From NCBI GenBank assembly GCA_043810615.1, contig JBDROA010000092.1, forward strand, positions 3,235-67,234: a stretch of 64,000 bases of DNA. Reading direction: 5' to 3'. The notes beneath the pieces were generated by a model. That model was not told the origin of the DNA. It ran no database searches and was given only the letters and a program-made list of their open reading frames with translations. Position numbers and translations under genes: made by a program. This document shows positions 1 to 9,498 of the stretch, in pieces (the stretch's first letter is position 1; each line of letters opens with the position of its first letter). This DNA comes from Actinomycetota bacterium. GTDB lineage: Bacteria; Actinomycetota; Acidimicrobiia; Spongiisociales; UBA11373.

Positions 1-2
1 CG

Positions 3-209
3 GTGGTGGTGGTGGCCTACCGGCCGTCGAGCATCGCCCTGGCCGACACCGTGATCTACCTGGACGGGGGCCGGGTGGTGGCTCACGGCCGCCATGTCGA
101 ACTGCTCGCCTCCCAACCCGGCTACGCCCGCCTCCTCCAGGCCTACGCGGAGGATGCCGCGGCCCGGCGGGCGGAGCGGGAGCACAACGAGGAGGGGGGC
201 GCCAGATGA
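3..209 (+). CDS. ABC transporter ATP-binding/permease protein, C-terminal fragment (5' end outside window)
   Basis: ORF runs in from the window edge. The tail resembles the ABC ATPase C-terminus (...TVIYLDGGRVVAHGRHVELL...). Its stop overlaps the next ABC gene start by 4 nt (ATGA). Confidence 0.75.
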   Translation: MVVVAYRPSSIALADTVIYLDGGRVVAHGRHVELLASQPGYARLLQAYAEDAAARRAEREHNEEGGAR

Positions 210-1987
210 CCACCCCCGACCCCGAGACCCCCTCCCTCGGCGCCCGGGTCGCGCTCGCCCGAGCCCTGCGCGAGGCGCCGACGCTGCTGCGGGGCTTCCC
301 CGCCACCGTGCTCCTGATGACGGCGGGGACTGGGATGCAGATCGTGGTCCCCATCGCCATCCAGCAGATCGTGGACGGGGAGATCCTCGCTGCGGGGGGC
401 GTGGACGTCGGAGGGGTGCTGCGGCTGGGCGTGGCGGCGCTCGCGGCGATCGTGGTCGCGGCGGCGGCGCGCCGCCTCGGGCTGGTGCGGATGCTCACCG
501 CCTCGGCCACCGGCCTCTCCGACCTCCGCGTGGTCACTTTCCGCCACCTGCATCGCCTGTCGATTCTTCACGTCGAGGGGGAGCGGCGGGGCGCCCTGGT
601 GGCGCGGGTGACCTCGGACATTGCCACCGTCCAGGACTTCATGGACTTCGGCGGGGTGGCGATGATCCTCGGCTCTCTGCAAGTGGTGCTGGCGGTGGGC
701 GTGATGACCTGGTACCGCTGGCAGCTGTCGCTGCTGGTAGTGCTCGGCGTGGTGGTGTATGCCGTCCTGCTCGCCTGGTTCCAGCGCATCCTCGGCCGGG
801 CCCACGACCGGGTGCGGGGCCGGGTGGCCGACAGCCTGGCCGCGGTCGGAGAGGCCATCTCCGGGCTGCCAGTGGTGCGGGCGTACGGCGCCGAGGACGC
901 CACCCTGGCCCGGGTGCGGCTGGCGCTCGACGGCCAGTTCCGCGCCGAGTTCCGGGCCAACCGCCTAGGGGCGTTCCTGTTCTCCTCGGCGGAGTTGTTC
1001 GCCGGCCTGATCACCGCGGCGGTCATCGGCTTCGGGGTGTGGCTGGGGGCCGGCCGGGGGGTGTCGGCGGGGAGCCTGCTGGCCTTCCTGTTCCTGGTGA
1101 ACCTGCTCGTGGAACCGGTGCAGATGGTGGTGGAAACCCTCGACCTGGTGCAGAGCGCTGGGGCCGGGGTGCGCCGCATCCTGGGAGTGCTCGACACCCC
1201 GGTGGCCGTCCCCGATCCGGCCGACGGCGTGGACCTGCCCGCGGGCGGCCTCGACGTGGACTTCGAAGGGGTGCGGTTCCGCTATCCCACCGGCCCGGAC
1301 GTGCTCTCCGACGTCACGGTGCGCCTCCCCAACGGCACCAGAGTGGCCGTGGTGGGGGAGACGGGCTCGGGGAAGACCACCTTCGCCAAGCTGGTTACCC
1401 GCCTGCTGGACCCCACAGAGGGCTGGGTGATCATCGGCGGCGTGCCCCTGAACCGGGTGCGCTTCGCCTCCCTCCGGTGCCGGGTGGCCTTCGTCCCCCA
1501 GGAGGGGTTCCTCTTCGACGCCACGGTCGGGGGCAACGTGCGCTACGGCAAGCCGGAGGCCACCGACGACGAGGTGCGGGCCGCCTTTGCCGAACTGGGC
1601 CTGGCCGACTGGCTGGAGCAGCTGCCGGCCGGGCTCGACACGCCGGTGGGGGAGCGGGGCGGGCAGCTCTCGGCCGGCGAACGGCAGCTGGTGGCTCTGG
1701 TGCGGGCCTGGATCGCAGACCCCGCCCTGCTCGTGCTCGACGAGGCCACCTCGGCCGTCGACCCGGCGCTGGAGGTGCGCCTGCGGCGGGCCATCGAGCG
1801 GCTGACCGTGGGACGCACCAGCATCACCGTGGCTCACCGGCTGTCGACCGCCGAGGCCGCCGACGAGGTCCTGGTGTTCGAGAGGGGCCGCCTGGTGGAG
1901 CGAGGCCGCCACGACGACCTGCTGACGCGGGGCGGGGCCTACGCCGCGCTGCACGCCGACTGGGCGGCGGGGACCAAGAACCCTTGA
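206..1987 (+). CDS. ABC exporter, fused permease + ATP-binding domains (MsbA/heterodimeric exporter type)
   Basis: N-terminal multi-TM region. Walker A GETGSGKTT, ABC signature LSAGERQ, Walker B LLVLDEAT, H-loop ITVAHRL. Likely forms a pair with the upstream fragment. Confidence 0.9.
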   Translation: MTTPDPETPSLGARVALARALREAPTLLRGFPATVLLMTAGTGMQIVVPIAIQQIVDGEILAAGGVDVGGVLRLGVAALAAIVVAAAARRLGLVRMLTASATGLSDLRVVTFRHLHRLSILHVEGERRGALVARVTSDIATVQDFMDFGGVAMILGSLQVVLAVGVMTWYRWQLSLLVVLGVVVYAVLLAWFQRILGRAHDRVRGRVADSLAAVGEAISGLPVVRAYGAEDATLARVRLALDGQFRAEFRANRLGAFLFSSAELFAGLITAAVIGFGVWLGAGRGVSAGSLLAFLFLVNLLVEPVQMVVETLDLVQSAGAGVRRILGVLDTPVAVPDPADGVDLPAGGLDVDFEGVRFRYPTGPDVLSDVTVRLPNGTRVAVVGETGSGKTTFAKLVTRLLDPTEGWVIIGGVPLNRVRFASLRCRVAFVPQEGFLFDATVGGNVRYGKPEATDDEVRAAFAELGLADWLEQLPAGLDTPVGERGGQLSAGERQLVALVRAWIADPALLVLDEATSAVDPALEVRLRRAIERLTVGRTSITVAHRLSTAEAADEVLVFERGRLVERGRHDDLLTRGGAYAALHADWAAGTKNP

Positions 1988-2000
1988 GACTGCGCCGCTC

Positions 2001-3329
2001 TCAACGAGCGGCGGCTCCCATGGCCAGGCCTACGGCGACCACCTTCGCCATCTCCTCGGCCAGGCGGCCTCCGGTCGCCGCCGCCTCCACCAGGGCCGCC
2101 GTGGGGAACAGCCCCAGCACCTCGATGGCCGCGGCGCAGGCGGCGAGGCCGCAGTCGGCGCGTGCCAGGCGGGTGCCGGCTGCAGCCGGGTCGAGCACGA
2201 TGAGGCGTGCCGGCGTCTCGAGGGCGGCCACCTCGGGGAAGGCGAGGACGGTGGCCTCGGGCGCCATGCGGGGCAGGAAACCGCGGGACTTCGCCAGGCC
2301 GTCCTCGCTGAGGATCACCAGGGCGTCGGGGACGCCGGCGCCGGCGAAGTCGAGCGGCTCCGGCGAGAGGACCAGCGTGGAGAGGCTGTGCCCGCTGCGC
2401 ACAGTGATGGGGTAGTCGTCGGCCTGGGCGGCGTACAGGCCGGAGCGGATGGCGGCCTGGGCGGTGAGGCGCACGCCCGAGCGCACCCGGCCCCCTGCCG
2501 AGCCGGCCACGAGCAGGGCGTAGCGGCGATCGAGGACGGCCTGGTGGGTCACCGGGATGGGAGCCACGCCCACGGAGGAGGGGCCCGGCTTGGCGGCCGC
2601 CCGGCAGGCGGTGGCGTACTCAGGCAGGTCGGGGCGGCACTGGATGACTCCCGAGGGGAAGCCCAGGTCGTCGCGAGTGGTCTGGAAGGCGCGTCGGGTG
2701 AACTTGTTGGAGCGCACGTAGTAGGCGGTGCACATCTCCCAGATGTCGAGCAGGGCGAACCCCTTGGCGTCCATGGCCTCAGCGATGCGCTCCGGGAGGT
2801 CGTCGTCGAAGGAGGTCCCCCGCCACACGTAGCCCGCTCCGTTGACCGCAACAGAGGCACAGATGTCCAGGGGGCGCTCCAGGTTGCCGCCGGGGGTCGT
2901 GGAGGTAAGCGCCCCGGTCGGCGTGGTGGTCGAGTGCTGGCCACCGGTCATGCCGAAGTTGAAGTTGTTGAAGATCAGCACCGTGATCCCGATGTTGCGC
3001 CGGGCGGCGTTGAGGAGGTGGGTGCCGCCGATGCCGGTGCCGCCGTCGCCCATGATCACCACCACGTCGAGGTCGGGGCGCGCCAGTTTGATCCCGGTGG
3101 CGTAGGTGATGCTTCGGCCGTGGAGGCCGTGAAAGGCGCTGGTGGCGAAGTACTGATCGCTGAGGCCGCTGCAGCCGATGTCGGTCACGATGACCACGTT
3201 GGCGGGGTCGGTGCCCCGCCGGACCAGGGCGGTGTCGAGGGCATCGAGGATGGGGCCGTGGCCGCATCCCGGGCAGAAGGGGTAGGGGACGTCGTTGCGA
3301 TAGGAGGCGAGGGTGGTGATGGTGGTCAT
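2001..3329 (-). CDS. korB: 2-oxoacid:ferredoxin oxidoreductase beta subunit (TPP-binding) with C-terminal fused gamma-like domain
   Basis: MTTITTLASY...PFCPGCGHG...GDGG..NN..GMTGGQ TPP motif. The C-terminal ~150 aa resembles the gamma/catalytic domain of pyruvate/2-oxoglutarate ferredoxin oxidoreductases. Start overlaps the korA stop (ATGA at 3326-3329). Confidence 0.85.
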   Translation of the reverse strand: MTTITTLASYRNDVPYPFCPGCGHGPILDALDTALVRRGTDPANVVIVTDIGCSGLSDQYFATSAFHGLHGRSITYATGIKLARPDLDVVVIMGDGGTGIGGTHLLNAARRNIGITVLIFNNFNFGMTGGQHSTTTPTGALTSTTPGGNLERPLDICASVAVNGAGYVWRGTSFDDDLPERIAEAMDAKGFALLDIWEMCTAYYVRSNKFTRRAFQTTRDDLGFPSGVIQCRPDLPEYATACRAAAKPGPSSVGVAPIPVTHQAVLDRRYALLVAGSAGGRVRSGVRLTAQAAIRSGLYAAQADDYPITVRSGHSLSTLVLSPEPLDFAGAGVPDALVILSEDGLAKSRGFLPRMAPEATVLAFPEVAALETPARLIVLDPAAAGTRLARADCGLAACAAAIEVLGLFPTAALVEAAATGGRLAEEMAKVVAVGLAMGAAAR

Positions 3330-4456
3330 CGCACCGCCTCCAGGATCTGCTCGGGGGTGATCATCTCGCCGTCGACGCGGTTGAGGCCTTGCACCTCGAC
3401 CCCGGGGAGCAGGCGCTGCACTTCGAGGCGGTACTGGCCCAGGTTCAGTTCGGGGACCAGGACCCGCCGGGCGCCGGCCGCGGCCTTCCTGAGGGCCTCC
3501 TCGGGCACCGGCCAGAGGCTCTTGAGCACCACAGAGGAGAGGGGGGTGCCGGCGGCCCGGGCCCGGTGCACCGCTTCGCGGGCGGCGCCGGCGGTCACCC
3601 CATAGGAGACGACCAGGGTGTCGGCCCCCGCGGTGAGGTCGGCGTCGGCCATTTCGATCTCGGCGCGGTGGTCGTCGATCTTGGCCGCGAGGTGGCGATT
3701 CAGGGCATCGACCGTGGGAGCGTGCTTGGTGATGAAGGCCCGCTCGTCGTGAGTGGACCCGGTGAAGCGGACCGTCTCCCCGGCGCCGTAGAGACGCATG
3801 GGCGGCACCTGGTCGGCGGGGAAGTATCGGTAGGGGGTACCGGGGGCGTCGGGCGCACGGCGGTGGCGAACCTTCGCCGGCCGGTAGTCCTCGACCGCCA
3901 CGGTGTTCAGGGTCGTGTTGATCTCTTTGTCGGTGAGCACGAACACCGGGCAACGGAAGCGCTCCGCTAAGTCGAACGCCTTCATCGTCAGGTGGTAGCA
4001 GTCGGGGATCGACGACGGGGCGAGGGCGATGATCGGGTACCCGCCGGAGGTGCCCCAGCGCACGAACTGAACGTCCCCCTGGCCAACCGTGGTGGCCCCG
4101 CCGGTGGAGGGGCCGAGGCGCTGCACGACGACCACCACCAGCGGCACCTCGCCCATGATGGCGAGGCCCAAGCTCTCGCCGTAGAGGCTGAGCCCGGGCC
4201 CGCTGGTGGTGATCATGGCGCGCGCCCCGGCCATGGTGGCGCCGATGCACATCCCAATAGAGGCGATCTCGTCCTCGGTCTGGACGGCGACGCCGCCCAC
4301 CCGAGGGAGCTCTCGCAACATCATCATGAGGATGGGGGAAGCGGGGGTGATGGGGTAGCCGGCGAAGAACGTGCAGCCGGCATCGAGGGCGCCACGCACG
4401 ATGGCGGTGGACCCGTCGGTGTACTCGCGGGGGGGTGGGGTGAGGTGCTGGCCCAT
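3326..4456 (-). CDS. korA: 2-oxoacid:ferredoxin oxidoreductase alpha subunit
   Basis: N-terminus EYTDGSTAIVRGALDAGCTFFAGYPITPASPIL is the typical KorA/PorA motif; 376 aa. Confidence 0.85.
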   Translation of the reverse strand: MGQHLTPPPREYTDGSTAIVRGALDAGCTFFAGYPITPASPILMMMLRELPRVGGVAVQTEDEIASIGMCIGATMAGARAMITTSGPGLSLYGESLGLAIMGEVPLVVVVVQRLGPSTGGATTVGQGDVQFVRWGTSGGYPIIALAPSSIPDCYHLTMKAFDLAERFRCPVFVLTDKEINTTLNTVAVEDYRPAKVRHRRAPDAPGTPYRYFPADQVPPMRLYGAGETVRFTGSTHDERAFITKHAPTVDALNRHLAAKIDDHRAEIEMADADLTAGADTLVVSYGVTAGAAREAVHRARAAGTPLSSVVLKSLWPVPEEALRKAAAGARRVLVPELNLGQYRLEVQRLLPGVEVQGLNRVDGEMITPEQILEAVR

Positions 4457-4598
4457 GGCTCGAGGCCATGCTATCGCCGGGGGGGCAATCGGGCGCCGCC
4501 GGAGGTCGCCACGCCTGTGGCTGGGGTCCCGGCCGCTGTCGGCGCCCGCGCGGACGCCTTTCAGGCGCGTCGACGGTTCCTCTTGTAGTCTCGGCGGA

Positions 4599-4614
4599 TT
4601 CAGAGTATCCTGAA
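4599..4614. promoter_or_regulatory. Inverted repeat TTCAGagtatcCTGAA containing a TAtccT -10-like hexamer, immediately upstream of the regulator gene; candidate operator/leaderless promoter
   Basis: Lower-GC divergent intergenic region 4457-4620 between korA and the regulator. 5-bp arms with a 6-bp spacer; TATCCT ends 10 nt before the ATG at 4621. Confidence 0.25.
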
Positions 4615-4620
4615 CTTACG

Positions 4621-5121
4621 ATGAGCACATACACCGATCAACAGCAGCGGCTAGTCCGGGAGCTCCACTTCGCCGAAGACTGGGGGATGGTCTTCGAACT
4701 GCTGGCCTTGCCTCGCATGGCCGGGCGCGTCTGGGCCGCTCTGGCCATGTCGGAGGAGCCATACCTGTCGGCCGCGGACCTGGAGGACCGGCTCGAGGCG
4801 AGCTCGGGGGCGGTGAACGGAGCGCTGCAGTTCCTCACTCGCCAGGGGGCGCTGGAACGGGTGCGGGTCTCCGGGCAGCGCAGGTACTACTTCGGACTGC
4901 GCCCCGGGACCATGGAGATCCTCGTGGGGCGGCGGCTGGCAGTGATGACCGAGGTCAGGGACCTGGCGGCCCGGGGGATCAGGGAGTTCTCCGACCGGCC
5001 GGCCGCCCGGGCCCGGTTCCAGGAGGTCCACGCCTTCTACAACTGGTTCGACGCCGAGATGACCTCGCTCATGGACCGCTTTCGGGCAGAGCGTCTCGGT
5101 GGGAAGGAGGCCCGGTCGTGA
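4621..5121 (+). CDS. MarR/GbsR-type winged-helix transcriptional regulator
   Basis: 167 aa with a wHTH core (...EPYLSAADLEDRLEASSGAVNGALQFLTRQGALERV...). ATG 4621 is chosen over the upstream in-frame extension. Stop overlaps the ABC ATPase start (ATGA). Confidence 0.6.
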   Translation: MSTYTDQQQRLVRELHFAEDWGMVFELLALPRMAGRVWAALAMSEEPYLSAADLEDRLEASSGAVNGALQFLTRQGALERVRVSGQRRYYFGLRPGTMEILVGRRLAVMTEVRDLAARGIREFSDRPAARARFQEVHAFYNWFDAEMTSLMDRFRAERLGGKEARS

Positions 5122-5816
5122 TCGAACTGGCCGGAGTGGGCAAGACCTTCGGGGAGGGCGCCGGCCGGGTGCGGGCCCTCGACGGGGTGGACCTCCGCGT
5201 CGCCGCCGGCGAGTTCGTGGTCGTGCTGGGCCCTTCGGGCTGCGGCAAGACCACACTGCTCAACCTCATCGGCGCCCTCGACACGACGACCGAGGGGAGC
5301 CTCCGGGTAGGTGGGGTGGACATTTCGCGCGCCGGCCGCCGGGGGTTGTTCGAGTTCCGCCGGCGGACGGTGTCGTTCGTCTTCCAGAGCTTCAACATCT
5401 TCCCCGGCCTGACGGCGGCGGAGAACGTCCAATTCGGCATCGACGCCGCCGGACGGTCCGGAGTGGACGCCGGGGAGATCCTGGCGAGCGTGGGCCTGGC
5501 GGGCCGGAGTGACAGCTTCCCCCACCAACTCTCTGGCGGCGAGCAGCAGCGGGTGGCCATCGCCCGCGCCCTGGCCACGGGGAACCCCGTGCTGCTGGCC
5601 GACGAGCCCACGGGCGAACTCGACTTTCGCACCGGGGTGCAGATCCTGGGGCTGCTCGAGGGCCGCGCCGCCGAGGGGCGGGCCGTGCTGGTAGTCACCC
5701 ACAACCGCGAGATCTCCCGGGCCGCCGACCGGGTGGTCCAGTTGAGCAGCGGGCGTATCGTCTCCGATGGTCCTCCGGCCGGGGGCCGGGCCCGGACCGC
5801 CGACCTGCACTGGTGA
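5118..5816 (+). CDS. ABC transporter ATP-binding protein (MacB/LolD-type)
   Basis: Walker A GPSGCGKTT, signature LSGGEQQRVAIARAL, Walker B LLADEPTGELD; 232 aa. Confidence 0.9.
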   Translation: MIELAGVGKTFGEGAGRVRALDGVDLRVAAGEFVVVLGPSGCGKTTLLNLIGALDTTTEGSLRVGGVDISRAGRRGLFEFRRRTVSFVFQSFNIFPGLTAAENVQFGIDAAGRSGVDAGEILASVGLAGRSDSFPHQLSGGEQQRVAIARALATGNPVLLADEPTGELDFRTGVQILGLLEGRAAEGRAVLVVTHNREISRAADRVVQLSSGRIVSDGPPAGGRARTADLHW

Positions 5817-8251
5817 GCGGCATGCGCCTGTGGCTTCGCTGGTCGTGGCGGGACATGCGGGCCCATTGGGTCCAGGTGGGGGCCATCGCCCTCGTCATCG
5901 CCCTGGGCACCGGCACCTTCGCCGGCCTCGGGAGCACCGCTCGCTGGCGGCAGCAATCGGCCGACGCCTCGTACGCCCTCCTGGGGTTCCGCGACCTCGA
6001 GGTGGAGCTCAGCGAGGGTTCCTTCGTAGCCCAGGGCACGCTGGCCGGCGCCCTCGATGGGGTCGAGGCGGGCCTCATCTCCGACACCGAGGAGCGCCTC
6101 AAGATCCCCACCCAGATCGATGCCAGCACGCCGACGCAGACGATCCTCGTCCCCGGCGTGGTCATCGGGATGCCTCTCCGGGGTGCCGGGCCCGGGATCG
6201 ACCGCCTCGAGGTTGTAGCGGGCCGGGCGCTGGCGCCGGAGGACGCAGGGGCACCGGTGGTGCTCCTGGAGCGCAACTTCGCCGAGTACTACGACCTGGC
6301 GTCGGCGGGGTCGCTGTCGATCGCCGGTGGGCGAGCGCTGGACTATGTGGGCCGGGCGGCCTCGCCGGAGTACTTCATCGTGATGCCGGAGGACGGGTCC
6401 GGCTTCTTCGTCCAGGCCAACTTCGCCGCCCTCTTCACCTCGCTCCAGACGGCTCAGGAGCTCGGCGGGGTCCCGGGCGGGGTCAACCGGCTGTTGATGC
6501 GCCTGGCCGAAGGGGCCGACCCGGGGCAGGCAGAGCGGTCGGTGGTCGCGGCCTTGGCCGAGCGGCTCCCCGAGGTCGGGGCCACAGTCGTGCCCCGCGG
6601 CGAGCAGCCGGCTTACGTCATGATCTACCAGGACATCGAGAACGACCAGCAGACGTTCAGCATCTTCGCCATGCTGATCTTCGTGGGGGCGGTGACCGCC
6701 GCTTTCAATCTCACAACCCGCCTCGTCGAGGCCCAGCGCCGGGAGATCGGCATCGCCATGGCCCTGGGCGTGCCCCGGCGGCGCATCGCGGTGCGGCCGC
6801 TGCTGGTCGGCGCTCAGATCGCCCTGCTGGGAGTGGCCCTCGGCGTGGTGGTGGGGTGGGTCATCAGCCTGGCGATGCGCCAGGTCCTGCAGGGGTTCTT
6901 CCCGCTCCCCATATGGCTGACCTCGTTCCAGGCGTCGTCCTTCGCCGGGGCGGCGGCAGCCGGCTTCGCCGTCCCATTCGCCGCCGTCGTCTACCCCGTC
7001 TGGCGGGCGGTGCGGGTGCGCCCGATCGAGGCGATCCGGCCCGCCCACCTGGCCCGCCGGATGCGGATGCGGTGGTGGCGCGCTCCGCGGCGGCCGGGCA
7101 ACACGTTCCGGCGCTTGCCGGTGCGCAACCTGGTGCGGGCGCCGCGGCGAACGGTGCTCACCGCCCTCGGAATCGCTTCGGCGATCGCCGTGCTCACCAC
7201 CCTGCTGGGCATGGTCGACTCCTTCGGCCACACGGTGGACATCGGGGAACAGGAGATCCTGGCGGGGAACCAAGATCGGGTGATCGTGGACTTCGACCGG
7301 GTGTATCCGACGGGGGCCCCCGAGGTGACCGCGGTGCTCGCTTCCCCGACCGTCGCCGGGGCGGAGGCCTCATTGGCGGTTCCGGGCCGCCTGGGAGGAG
7401 CAGAGTCGGGGTTCGAGGTGCTGATCGGCCTCACCGACCTCCGGGGTTCCGCCTGGGTGCCGAGCCTGGTCACCGGAAGGCGCGAGGGTGGCGAGGGCCT
7501 GGTGATCTCGCGCAAGGCCGCCGCCGACCTGGGAGTTGAGGCGGGCGACACGGTCCCCCTCATCCATCCCCGGCGTACCGGAGAGGACTCGTACGGGTTC
7601 GCCGTCACAACGGTGGAGGTGATCGGCATCCACGCCGCCCCCTACCGCTTCCTGGCCTACATGGACGCCTCACAGGCGGAGGCCATGGGCCTGGCCGGCC
7701 TGGTGAACCAGGTGAATGCCACCCCGGCACCCGGCCGCACCGTGGACGATGTCAAGCGCAGCCTATTCGAGGTCGGGGCGGTGTCCTCGGTGCAGCCGGC
7801 GACGGTAGTAGCCGATACGTTCCGCGACCTTCTGGGGCGCTTCATCGGCCTCCTGCGGGTGGTGCAGGGCGCGGTGTTCGTCCTCGCCCTGGCCATAGCG
7901 TTCAACTCGGCGAGCCTCAACCTCGACGAGCGGGCCCGCGACCACGCCACGATGTTCGCTTTCGGGGTGTCGCGGCGGCGCGCGTTGGGCCTGGCGATGG
8001 TGGAAGGCACCTTGCTCGGCCTGCTGGCCACCGCCCTGGGCCTCGGAGCCGGCTACGGCCTGGTGCGCTGGTTCGTGACCAGCGTGTTCCCGCGCACCGC
8101 CCCCGACATCGGCCTGCTGCTGTGGATCACGCCCCAGACCCTGGCGGTGGTGGTGGCCATGGGGGTGGCGGCCGTGGCGCTGGCGCCGCTGCTCACCGTG
8201 CGCAGGATGGGCCGTATGGACCTGCCCGGCACCCTGCGGGTAATGGAGTAG
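5813..8251 (+). CDS. ABC transporter permease, FtsX/MacB-type (duplicated FtsX domains)
   Basis: 812 aa. Two repeats of TM1 - large extracytoplasmic domain - three TM helices. Start overlaps the ATPase stop (GTGA/ATGA type coupling). Confidence 0.85.
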   Translation: MSGMRLWLRWSWRDMRAHWVQVGAIALVIALGTGTFAGLGSTARWRQQSADASYALLGFRDLEVELSEGSFVAQGTLAGALDGVEAGLISDTEERLKIPTQIDASTPTQTILVPGVVIGMPLRGAGPGIDRLEVVAGRALAPEDAGAPVVLLERNFAEYYDLASAGSLSIAGGRALDYVGRAASPEYFIVMPEDGSGFFVQANFAALFTSLQTAQELGGVPGGVNRLLMRLAEGADPGQAERSVVAALAERLPEVGATVVPRGEQPAYVMIYQDIENDQQTFSIFAMLIFVGAVTAAFNLTTRLVEAQRREIGIAMALGVPRRRIAVRPLLVGAQIALLGVALGVVVGWVISLAMRQVLQGFFPLPIWLTSFQASSFAGAAAAGFAVPFAAVVYPVWRAVRVRPIEAIRPAHLARRMRMRWWRAPRRPGNTFRRLPVRNLVRAPRRTVLTALGIASAIAVLTTLLGMVDSFGHTVDIGEQEILAGNQDRVIVDFDRVYPTGAPEVTAVLASPTVAGAEASLAVPGRLGGAESGFEVLIGLTDLRGSAWVPSLVTGRREGGEGLVISRKAAADLGVEAGDTVPLIHPRRTGEDSYGFAVTTVEVIGIHAAPYRFLAYMDASQAEAMGLAGLVNQVNATPAPGRTVDDVKRSLFEVGAVSSVQPATVVADTFRDLLGRFIGLLRVVQGAVFVLALAIAFNSASLNLDERARDHATMFAFGVSRRRALGLAMVEGTLLGLLATALGLGAGYGLVRWFVTSVFPRTAPDIGLLLWITPQTLAVVVAMGVAAVALAPLLTVRRMGRMDLPGTLRVME

Positions 8252-8254
8252 ACC

Positions 8255-8305
8255 GCGCCCTCGGGCCGGCGCCCGGACGCCCTTGCGGCGGGCCGAGGGG
8301 GGCGC
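8255..8305. terminator. GC-rich imperfect hairpin between convergent genes (candidate bidirectional terminator)
   Basis: GCGCCCTCGG...CCGAGGGGGGCGC arms lie between the permease stop (8251) and the kbl stop (8306). No strong U-tract. Confidence 0.25.
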
Positions 8306-9496
8306 TCAGGGGACGACGCCGAGGTCTCGACCGACCCGGGCGAAGGCTTCGGCGCCCTGGGCCAGGTCGTCGTGACTGTGGGCTGCCGACACCATGACGC
8401 GGATGCGGGCCTTGCCCCGGGGCACTGTCGGGAAGCCGATGGCCTGGGCGAAGACAGCCTCCCGGTCGAAGAGGCGCCGCGAAACCTCCTGCGCCAGTGA
8501 GGCCTCGCCGAGCATGACCGGGGTGATGGGGGTAGTGCTCACCCCGATGTCGAACCCGGCCGACGCCATCATCCCCTTGAAGCGCCGTGCGTTGTCCCAC
8601 AGTCGGTCCACCAGTTCGGTGGAGGCCGCGAGCAGGTCCACCGCAGCCACGCAGGCCGCCACGTCGGCCGGGGTGGCGGCCGAGGAGAACAGGAAGGGGC
8701 GGGCTCGCTGGCGCAGCCACTCGATGAGGGCGGCCGAACCGGCCACGTAGCCGCCCATGACCCCGAACGCCTTCGACATCGTACCGACCTCGACGTCCAC
8801 CCGGCCGTGAAGGCCGAAGTGGTCGACGATGCCCCGGCCCCCGCGCCCCAGCACCCCTTCGCCGTGGGCATCGTCCACCATCACGAGGGCCTCGTGAGAC
8901 TCGGCGACTGCCACGATGGCATCGAGAGGCGCGATGTCCCCGTCCATGGAAAAGACGCCGTCGCTGATGACCAGGAGGCGGCGCGCCCCGGCGGCGCGGG
9001 CTTCGGCCAGAGCGCGATCCAGATCGGCCGGATCGGCGTGGCGGTAGATGGAGCGGGCCGCCCGGGTCAGGCGCACCCCGTCCACGATGGAGGCGTGGTT
9101 CAGCTCGTCGGAGATCACCGCGTCCCCTTCCCCCACCAGGGCGGCGATCGTGCCCAGGTTGGCGACGAACCCCGATTGCAGGGAGATCGCCGCCGGGACG
9201 CCCTTGAACTCCGCCAGGCGCTCTTCGAGCTGGTCGTGGAGGGTCATGGTGCCGGCGATGGTGCGCACCGCTCCGGGACCCACCCCGAATCGGTCCAGCG
9301 CGGCGTGGGCGGCGGCCACCAGTTTGGGGTGGTTGGCCAATCCCAGGTAGTTGTTGGAGCAGAAGTTGAGTACGCGACGGCCGTCCACGGTGAGCTGGGG
9401 CCCCTGGGGGCCGTCGCTGTGGCGGATCGTGGTGTACAAGCCCTGGGCGCGCAGGGCCTCCAGCTCGTCGGTGAGGTAGGCGGTGCGGTCGGGCAT
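8306..9496 (-). CDS. kbl: 2-amino-3-ketobutyrate CoA ligase (glycine C-acetyltransferase)
   Basis: PLP-dependent class II aminotransferase family. MPDRTAYL...[10 protein letters not shown]...GTMSKAFG (PLP lysine region); 396 aa. Confidence 0.85.
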   Translation of the reverse strand: MPDRTAYLTDELEALRAQGLYTTIRHSDGPQGPQLTVDGRRVLNFCSNNYLGLANHPKLVAAAHAALDRFGVGPGAVRTIAGTMTLHDQLEERLAEFKGVPAAISLQSGFVANLGTIAALVGEGDAVISDELNHASIVDGVRLTRAARSIYRHADPADLDRALAEARAAGARRLLVISDGVFSMDGDIAPLDAIVAVAESHEALVMVDDAHGEGVLGRGGRGIVDHFGLHGRVDVEVGTMSKAFGVMGGYVAGSAALIEWLRQRARPFLFSSAATPADVAACVAAVDLLAASTELVDRLWDNARRFKGMMASAGFDIGVSTTPITPVMLGEASLAQEVSRRLFDREAVFAQAIGFPTVPRGKARIRVMVSAAHSHDDLAQGAEAFARVGRDLGVVP

Positions 9497-9498
9497 CT

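Noticed and set aside
94-2415. 773-aa ORF (+) overlapping both ABC transporter genes in another frame
   Set aside because: Arg/Gly/Pro/Ala-rich low-complexity translation, typical of an alternate-frame artefact in >70% GC DNA. The co-located frame has clear ABC motifs.
5069-7273. 734-aa ORF on the minus strand antisense to the MacB-type ATPase and permease
   Set aside because: Antisense to two genes with strong motif support; composition-driven ORF without any recognisable domain.
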